A DNA stretch of 10,074 nucleotides from Candidatus Aenigmatarchaeota archaeon (GTDB taxonomy: Archaea > EX4484-52): contig JAGLPV010000002.1 in assembly GCA_023137195.1 (NCBI GenBank), positions 1 to 10,074 of the forward strand. Reading direction: 5' to 3'. Positions within the stretch are counted from its first letter, which is position 1, and each line of letters starts with the position of its first letter. A program made the translations under genes and the position numbers. Below, piece after piece: positions 1 through 5,455 of the stretch. Under the pieces are notes generated by a model. It did not search any database. It was given only the letters and a program-made list of their open reading frames with translations, and had not been told where the DNA came from.

Positions 1-22
1 AGGGGAGTATAAGATGACTTGA

Positions 23-117
23 ATCTGCGGATGCGAGAAAATCCAAGATTTTCTGCACATTCAACTTTGTTGAAGGACACACAGGAATGTGGATAAAAAA
101 ATAAATCTGTTCCTGTG
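23..117. repeat. Palindromic intergenic repeat element, copy 1 (REP/MITE-like, multi-hairpin)
   Basis: Hairpins AGAAAATC-caa-GATTTTCT (36-54) and TTCAAC-ttt-GTTGAA (60-74), plus CACAGGAA (80-87) / TTCCTGTG (110-117). Positions 45-87 are the reverse complement of 2483-2525 at 41/43 nt. Confidence 0.85.
94..105 (-). terminator. Putative oligo-T terminator of the thermosome gene
   Basis: The minus strand reads TTTATTTTTTTA about 40 nt downstream of the thermosome stop. Archaeal intrinsic terminators are T-tracts. Confidence 0.4.
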
Positions 118-144
118 GATTAAATCTTGAACCTCTATGCTAAA

Positions 145-1779
145 CTACATCCCTGGAGGCATCATACCAGGAGGCATCCCCTGAGGAGGTTCCTGCGATT
201 CTGCTCTTCCGGTAACAATTACATCATCAATCCTTAAAATCAACTGTGCAACTTCTGAAGCAGAGATTATCGCTTGTGTCTTGATTTTTAGCGCTTCAAT
301 TACACCAGCTTCTTTCATATCTCCTATCTTATTTCCGAAAACATCAACTCCTATGCTCTTTTTCCCTTTATCATGTTCTGCCCTGAGGGCTACAATAACA
401 TCAATCGGGTCTGCTCCTGCATTTTCTGCAAGAGTTTTCGGGATAACTTCAAGTGCATTGGCAAAGCCATTTATTGCAAGCTGCTGCCTTCCGCCGATTT
501 TTTGCGCATATTTTCTCAAATCACCGGCAACCGCTTCTTCTGTTGCTCCGCCACCATAAACATATTTTCCTTTCTCAATTGTAGCAGAAACTCCACCGAT
601 TGCATCATCCATTGCCCGGGATATCTCAGCTGTAACATGCTCTGTTCCACCACGAATAAGAAGAGTAACCGCTTTTGGATCCTTACATCCTTCAACAAAA
701 ATCATAGGCTCATCGCTTATTTTTCTCTCTTCCACAATTTTTGCATAGCCCAGTTCCGAGGAAGTCAAATCAGAAAGAGTATTTACAATCATACCTCCTG
801 TTGCTTTTGCAAGCGATTCGATATCACTTTTTTTAATTCTCCTTATCGCCAGTATATCTTTTTTAGCTAAATAATGCTGTGCAATGTCATCAATACCTTT
901 CTGGCAAAATACCACATTAGCCCCTGCTTCTGCAATTTCATCCACCATTTTCTTTAATGTATTTTCTTCCTGGTCAAGGAAATCCTGTAACTGGGATGGG
1001 TCGGTTATCCTGATTTGTGCATCTGTTTCAGGACTCTTTATTTCCAACGGCGTATTGATAAGTGCGATTTTTGCATCTTTAACAGACTCAGGCATTCTCG
1101 GGTGAACCCTTTCCTTATCTATCAAAATTCCTTTTATTAAATAAGAATTTTCAGTAGCTTCTCCTTCTTTTTTTTCTATTTTTATAGCATCCAAATCAAT
1201 AGTCTTTGTCTTTTCATCATAGACACAGTCTATTGCATCAAGTGCAATATCAGCAAGATATTCTTTTGAAGCTTCAACATTTTTCCCGGTCATTGCTGTC
1301 TGCGCAATGTTTTTTAGTATTTCTGTATCATCTATAGAAATATTGTTTGCTATTTCATCAAGTTTTTTCATTGCCTGAACCTGTGCTAATCTGTAACCCT
1401 GTGCAATAATAGTTGGATGGACACTCTGGTCCAGTAAAATTTCAGCTTCTTTGAGCAACTCTCCTGCCAAAACAGCAGCGGTTGTTGTCCCGTCGCCGAT
1501 TTCTGTATCCTGTGTCTTCGATATTGCAACAAGCATCTTTCCCGCAGGATGCTCAATATTCATATTGTCAAGAATCGTAACACCATCATTGGTAACAATA
1601 ATATCCCCCATAGAATCCACAATCATCTTGTCCATTCCTTTCGGACCAAGTGTTGTCCTGATAGCATCTGCTACTGCCTTTGCAGCTGCAATATTTTGCT
1701 TTTGTGCCCTTTTTCCGGGGTTCTTTCCTGCTCCTTCAGGCAGTATAAAAATCGGCTGAACCATTTGTTTTCCATTCAT
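145..1779 (-). CDS. ths: Thermosome subunit (group II chaperonin, TCP-1/cpn60 family)
   Basis: 544 aa with [28 protein letters not shown], the GDGTTT ATP-binding motif, [23 protein letters not shown] and a Pro/Gly/Met-rich C-terminal tail. Alpha versus beta subunit cannot be resolved. Confidence 0.98.
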   Translation of the reverse strand: MNGKQMVQPIFILPEGAGKNPGKRAQKQNIAAAKAVADAIRTTLGPKGMDKMIVDSMGDIIVTNDGVTILDNMNIEHPAGKMLVAISKTQDTEIGDGTTTAAVLAGELLKEAEILLDQSVHPTIIAQGYRLAQVQAMKKLDEIANNISIDDTEILKNIAQTAMTGKNVEASKEYLADIALDAIDCVYDEKTKTIDLDAIKIEKKEGEATENSYLIKGILIDKERVHPRMPESVKDAKIALINTPLEIKSPETDAQIRITDPSQLQDFLDQEENTLKKMVDEIAEAGANVVFCQKGIDDIAQHYLAKKDILAIRRIKKSDIESLAKATGGMIVNTLSDLTSSELGYAKIVEERKISDEPMIFVEGCKDPKAVTLLIRGGTEHVTAEISRAMDDAIGGVSATIEKGKYVYGGGATEEAVAGDLRKYAQKIGGRQQLAINGFANALEVIPKTLAENAGADPIDVIVALRAEHDKGKKSIGVDVFGNKIGDMKEAGVIEALKIKTQAIISASEVAQLILRIDDVIVTGRAESQEPPQGMPPGMMPPGM

Positions 1780-1782
1780 AAT

Positions 1783-1790
1783 ATCATCTC
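1783..1790 (-). promoter_or_regulatory. Shine-Dalgarno-like site of the thermosome gene
   Basis: Minus-strand GAGATGAT lies 3 nt before the ATG and matches archaeal GAGGTGAT at 7/8. Confidence 0.55.
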
Positions 1791-1795
1791 TTAAA

Positions 1796-1814
1796 TAATC
1801 AGTTACCCTGATTA
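1796..1814. promoter_or_regulatory. Palindrome TAATCAG-N5-CTGATTA, candidate operator or 5'-UTR hairpin of the thermosome gene
   Basis: Perfect 7-bp arms with a 5-nt spacer, lying between the TATA-like box (1835-1843) and the SD site. Confidence 0.5.
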
Positions 1815-1834
1815 CCTATTAAGAGTATAGTAAT

Positions 1835-1843
1835 GTTTAAAAG
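1835..1843. promoter_or_regulatory. TATA box in the divergent thermosome/exonuclease spacer (possibly bidirectional)
   Basis: TTTAAAAG on + (1836-1843) ends 21 nt before ATG 1865. The same site reads TTTTAAAC on - toward the thermosome gene. Confidence 0.55.
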
Positions 1844-1864
1844 GTTAAAAAAGTCCACTATTTT

Positions 1865-2443
1865 ATGCCCGATGATTATTTTGTAGTAGACATAGAAACC
1901 TGCCCTATAAACTTGAGAAACTACAACGAACGAACAGAAGAAGAAAAACTAAAACTCCTAAATCCAATCGACTCAAAAATCATCGCCATAGGAGTAAGAC
2001 ACAACAACACAGATAAGATATTTTTGGACGAAGACGAGAAAAAGATTTTACAGGAATTCTGGTCAGAGTGGAAGTCAATAAAAAAAGACAACCCGTATGC
2101 TTCGGCCGTAGGTTTCAACATAACTAATTTTGACATGCCGGTCCTCACCGCCCGGAGCCTAATAAATAATATTCAAATCTACCCTTTCACATTAAAGAGC
2201 ATAATTGATTTAAGGGACAAAATAAATGCATACCGTTACGGTCCAACAAGAGGAAAACTAAAAGAATACGCAAAACTAATAAACATACCTACAGAAGACA
2301 TAGACGGCAGCGACATCGCCCAACTGTGCATAGACAAAAATTACAAACTCCTTGAAAAATACCTGGCAACAGACCTAAAAATAACCGACGAACTATACAA
2401 ACGTGTTCGCGACACAAGAATTCTGGAAATAAACAAATGGTAA
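1865..2443 (+). CDS. Stand-alone DnaQ/RNase H-like 3'-5' exonuclease (DEDDy; PolB-exonuclease/YprB-like)
   Basis: 192 aa with ExoI VVDIET, ExoII VGFNITNFDMPVL and ExoIII YLATD (YxxxD). No polymerase domain. Confidence 0.88.
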   Translation: MPDDYFVVDIETCPINLRNYNERTEEEKLKLLNPIDSKIIAIGVRHNNTDKIFLDEDEKKILQEFWSEWKSIKKDNPYASAVGFNITNFDMPVLTARSLINNIQIYPFTLKSIIDLRDKINAYRYGPTRGKLKEYAKLINIPTEDIDGSDIAQLCIDKNYKLLEKYLATDLKITDELYKRVRDTRILEINKW

Positions 2444-2468
2444 CTTCTTTCGAATTTTTTCTCATTTC
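2444..2468 (+). terminator. Putative pyrimidine/T-tract terminator after the exonuclease gene
   Basis: CTTCTTTCGAATTTTTTCTCATTTC follows the TAA immediately. Confidence 0.4.
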
Positions 2469-2593
2469 CTATGTTCCGTGCGTTCCTGTGCGTCATTCAA
2501 CAAAGTTGAATGTGCAGAAAATCTTTGAGTTATTGGTCTTTGACCAATATGCGGAAAATTATAGAAATTTTCCCGCATTCCCGCATCTGTGGA
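2466..2593. repeat. Palindromic intergenic repeat element, copy 2 (inverted relative to copy 1, expanded)
   Basis: Hairpins CATTCAAC-aaa-GTTGAATG (2494-2512), TATTGGTC-ttt-GACCAATA (2531-2549) and ATGCGGAAAATT-ataga-AATTTTCCCGCAT (2549-2578). Degenerate tandem TTCC(T)RTG(CG) x3 at 2466-2492 and TCCCGCAT x2 at 2571-2586. 41/43 nt inverted match to 45-87. Confidence 0.85.
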
Positions 2594-3010
2594 TCAATAT
2601 CCAATCTCACTAATCCTCTTTACAATAATCTCAAATTCACCATTGTATTCTTCATACCTCCCTTCAACACAGAGATGATTTTCTTCCGACAATTTCGAGA
2701 CAGAATAATTATAATCCGCCAGTTCCAAATCAATAATATTTATGTCTTTCTGGAAAATCACGCACTTAATCACATCTCCTGAATTTTCATCTCCAATCTC
2801 CAGGAACGTTGTCGTCCCTTCTTTTATACTTTCAACAATCCCGCAAACTTTCAACTTACTCCCAACATCATCGTCTGAGAGTTCACCAACAGATTTCATC
2901 TTGTATCCGGCAATATTATTATAAAAAAGCATAAACACAAGCCCGATAAAAAACAACACTATTGCATAATTTTGAACAGTTTTCGGACTGATTTTAGAAC
3001 TCATAGACAT
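2594..3010 (-). CDS. Membrane-anchored OB-fold (nucleic-acid-binding-like) protein
   Basis: 138 aa. N-terminal hydrophobic helix (YAIVLFFIGLVFMLFY) followed by an OB-fold pattern: VGSKLKVCGIVESI, FLEIGDENSG, IKCVIF, LCVEGRYEEYNGEFEIIVKRI. The start may be 3004. Confidence 0.8.
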   Translation of the reverse strand: MSMSSKISPKTVQNYAIVLFFIGLVFMLFYNNIAGYKMKSVGELSDDDVGSKLKVCGIVESIKEGTTTFLEIGDENSGDVIKCVIFQKDINIIDLELADYNYSVSKLSEENHLCVEGRYEEYNGEFEIIVKRISEIGY

Positions 3011-3023
3011 TCAAATAGAGATA

Positions 3024-3042
3024 TGTTTATAAATTTTAAACA
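3024..3042. promoter_or_regulatory. Back-to-back TATA boxes forming an imperfect palindrome in a 43-bp divergent spacer
   Basis: TGTTTATAAATTTTAAACA. TTTATAAA (3026-3033) ends 20 nt before ATG 3054, and minus-strand TTTAAAAT (3040-3033) ends 22 nt before ATG 3010. Confidence 0.6.
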
Positions 3043-3053
3043 AAAAAGAATTT

Positions 3054-4160
3054 ATGGGGGACGAAAGATTGCAAACCTGGCTTAAAAACATAAACTGGTC
3101 TTTTAACCCATTTGTTCTTGATATATACGCAGAATACATGGTGGGATTTGATGAATACGTCAGCAAACTAAATTCCGCGATAGAGCAGAATCAAAAATAC
3201 ATGCTGGTTACAGCCCCGACAGGCAGCGGCAAAACAATGCTCATGAATTATCTTTACAAAAACCAGATAAACAACATCCTCTGTATTTTTGTCCCAAAAC
3301 CCCCGCAAAAAGCAGAAGAATTTGCAAAAATCATAGAGGCAGGCATAAAAGAAGACAAGGCAAAATCGCAAAATATAATTGCCGCTTTTTTCCAAAGATT
3401 GCTTTCATTCTTAAGAAAAGAACCGGAGATAACATTATACAATTTAAATACTTTTATTGAAAAAAACAGTTCAGGAAAAAAACTTCTTTTGCTAATTGAC
3501 GAGGCGCATGAAACAGACATAGAAACCTTAGAATGGATAAGAACAATAACAGATACAACCCCGAATATGAATACTGTTTTAAGCGGGCTCCCGGTTTTAA
3601 AAAAAGAAAGGCTAAAACAACTTGAGACATTTATGCAAAGAATATCCCTGGATATCAGCCTGGAACCCCTGAATAAAAACCAGACAATTGAATTAATAAA
3701 AAGGAGGATTAATGTAGCCAAAGGAAACATGCTTGATCCATTTACCACAGATTGCATAGAGTTGATACACAAACAGAGCGGCGGTTTCCCAAGAGAGACA
3801 ATCAAGATTTGCAATGATTTGATAAACAAAGCAGTAAATAACAATATCTCCCTGATTGACGCATCATGTCTAGAAGATAAAAAACAGGAAGAAAAATCAG
3901 TTGTCTCTTTAATAGATTCTCTAACAGACAAGCAAAAAGACATCATTGAACTCGTCCAAAAAAATGAAAAGATAACACCGTCAGCATTGGCAAAATCTGC
4001 TGATGCCGGTTCTTACAAGTCAAAGACGCATGCATTAAGAGCATTGAACAATCTTTTAAAGCGGCTCGAAACCATGGGTTTGCTTGAACGCCAGAAAGCA
4101 GGAAGGACATATGCATACAAGCTTACTTCAAAGGCAAGAAATGCAATGACAGAAGCTTGA
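3054..4160 (+). CDS. ExeA/GspA-like AAA+ ATPase with C-terminal winged helix-turn-helix domain
   Basis: 368 aa. N-terminal WSFNPF, Walker A APTGSGKT, Walker B LLLLIDEAH, Arg-finger region FMQRI and sensor-2 SGGFPR. The C-terminal LTDKQKDIIELV...ITPSALAK...LLKRLETMGLLERQKAGRTYAYKLT fits a MarR/ArsR-like wHTH. Confidence 0.88.
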   Translation: MGDERLQTWLKNINWSFNPFVLDIYAEYMVGFDEYVSKLNSAIEQNQKYMLVTAPTGSGKTMLMNYLYKNQINNILCIFVPKPPQKAEEFAKIIEAGIKEDKAKSQNIIAAFFQRLLSFLRKEPEITLYNLNTFIEKNSSGKKLLLLIDEAHETDIETLEWIRTITDTTPNMNTVLSGLPVLKKERLKQLETFMQRISLDISLEPLNKNQTIELIKRRINVAKGNMLDPFTTDCIELIHKQSGGFPRETIKICNDLINKAVNNNISLIDASCLEDKKQEEKSVVSLIDSLTDKQKDIIELVQKNEKITPSALAKSADAGSYKSKTHALRALNNLLKRLETMGLLERQKAGRTYAYKLTSKARNAMTEA

Positions 4161-4180
4161 ATTAAAGTTCCATGGAAATG

Positions 4181-4188
4181 CTTATATA
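4181..4188 (+). promoter_or_regulatory. TATA box with BRE-like purine run
   Basis: GGAAATG-CTTATATA ends 20 nt before ATG 4209. Confidence 0.55.
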
Positions 4189-4208
4189 GTTTTTCGCCAA
4201 TGAATAAT

Positions 4209-5324
4209 ATGAAACAAAAAAATCTTATTTTAATATCCTTAATTATTTGCATTGCGCTTTTATCATTCAACGCTCACGCAGGAAGGATGGTACCTTTGCA
4301 ATTCTTCGGATGGGATGAGATAAGCCTGACCGCAGGAGTCTGGGATGACTTATGGAATTACTTTAATGTCACTAAAACTATGATTTATGTCTATAAGAGT
4401 TTAAACGTCAGCGGAGATACTTATCTTGGAGATTCTGCTTCTGACAAAACAATTATTAGTGGTGAATTAAAAGGTATAAAACCATCAGGTACTTACTGCT
4501 CAAATCAACAGATTCTAAAGTATGATGATACAACAGACAACTGGGATTGTGCAGATGAAAGTGTCGGTAGCAGTAACTGGGCTGTAAGCGGAAATGATAT
4601 ATATAATTCAAATACGGGCAATGTCGGCATCGGGACGAATACTCCTACCGAGAAACTACATGTTGATGGAAATACAACCATTGAAGGAAATTTTACTGTT
4701 ACAGGAGATGTTAGCATAAATAGAATCCCGTTCAAAATATTAGAAGATGATACAGAGGATTCTTCTGCATGCCAGGGGGGGTTTGGTGCGCCTTGTTCGA
4801 GTGCAATTGATGAAAATTGGAATAGTTATGCTGGCATGTGGGGTCCAGGCACAGGTTATGTTTATGAGAACTATACTATTCCGTTTAATTTGGTTTCAGC
4901 GACATGGATTGCAAAATATGGAGATTCTAGTGTGTGGGAAAATTGTGTCAATGACGGAGGAACTACAGAGCAAAGTTGTTGGAATGGCACCGGTTGGTAT
5001 GACTTATTGGATTTTTCTGGATCTACAACGAAAGAATCGTTAATTCCTTCCGTATGTTTAGAAGATAATATTTTACAGATTAAGTCCTGTTTAAAGACAG
5101 TTGATATGAATACAGCTAGTTTGTATTATGAAGGTAAAGTCACCTGGAAAATAGGTTCAGGACTTTTGGTGGATAATAGCGGGAGCACCAGGGTTGAAGG
5201 GAATTTAAATGTTTCATCTATCTCTTCAGACGGTACAGGAAAAGTAGTATGCATAAAATCCAACGGGAATTTAGGTACGTGCCTAAACAACCCTAGCGCA
5301 ACAGGAGTATGTAGTTGTGGTTAA
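4209..5324 (+). CDS. Secreted Cys-rich modular surface protein (fibre/adhesin-like, GNVGIGT motif)
   Basis: The ORF track gives 4200, but TATA spacing favours 4209. Signal peptide MKQKNLILISLIICIALLSFNAHA, then CSNQQILKYDDTTDNWDCAD, WAVSGNDIYNSNTGNVGIGTNTPTEKLHVDGN and a six-Cys central domain. C-terminus is VVCIKSNGNLGTC...CSCG. Seven N-x-S/T sequons. Confidence 0.8.
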   Translation: MKQKNLILISLIICIALLSFNAHAGRMVPLQFFGWDEISLTAGVWDDLWNYFNVTKTMIYVYKSLNVSGDTYLGDSASDKTIISGELKGIKPSGTYCSNQQILKYDDTTDNWDCADESVGSSNWAVSGNDIYNSNTGNVGIGTNTPTEKLHVDGNTTIEGNFTVTGDVSINRIPFKILEDDTEDSSACQGGFGAPCSSAIDENWNSYAGMWGPGTGYVYENYTIPFNLVSATWIAKYGDSSVWENCVNDGGTTEQSCWNGTGWYDLLDFSGSTTKESLIPSVCLEDNILQIKSCLKTVDMNTASLYYEGKVTWKIGSGLLVDNSGSTRVEGNLNVSSISSDGTGKVVCIKSNGNLGTCLNNPSATGVCSCG

Positions 5325-5427
5325 TTCTCAAATAAGGGGGTCTGTAACGCAAAACAAAATATTTAGGAAAATACAAAAACAAATAACAATATAATCCTAC
5401 ACTTTAAAGAAACCCACCATGCTTAAA

Positions 5428-5435
5428 TTTAAAAA
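5428..5435 (+). promoter_or_regulatory. TATA box of ileS
   Basis: TTTAAAAA ends 20 nt before ATG 5456. No SD visible. Confidence 0.5.
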
Positions 5436-5455
5436 AGCACAATCCATTATTTTCT

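Noticed and set aside
1-22. Possible 3' end of a + strand gene (..GEYKMT*)
   Set aside because: Only six codons are visible, too few to call a CDS. Used only as a conditional point in a finding.
148-190. Short GGAGGCAT repeats
   Set aside because: They encode the ordinary Pro/Gly/Met-rich chaperonin tail.
281-1794. Alternative ORFs overlapping the thermosome gene
   Set aside because: Antisense or out-of-frame shadows of a conserved gene with no recognisable motifs. The same applies to shadow ORFs inside the other genes.
2466-2593. CRISPR array, tRNA or attC-type interpretation of the hairpin cluster
   Set aside because: There is no regular repeat-spacer period, no cas or integrase gene and no cloverleaf with a T-loop, and the two copies are inverted rather than direct.
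2510-2782. 90-aa + strand ORF starting inside the repeat
   Set aside because: It begins in palindromic DNA, runs antisense to the OB-fold gene and has no protein-like features.
3054-4160. Calling the ATPase Orc1/Cdc6, TnsC or a true secretion ExeA
   Set aside because: No Orc1/Cdc6-specific N-terminal motif or ORB repeats were recognised, and no transposase or type II secretion genes are nearby.
4775-4781. G7 tract in the surface-protein gene as a phase-variation switch
   Set aside because: The tract is short, in frame and explained by Gln-Gly-Gly codons. Read-level length variation would be needed.
4209-5324. Prophage tail fibre or diversity-generating retroelement target
   Set aside because: The protein has a signal peptide and no viral neighbours. 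No reverse transcriptase or adenine-specific TR/VR repeat pair is seen in the window.
5336-5355. GGGGGTCTGTAACGCAAAAC resembling a transposon terminal inverted repeat
   Set aside because: No partner repeat, target duplication or transposase was found in the window, and the resemblance is too short to support.
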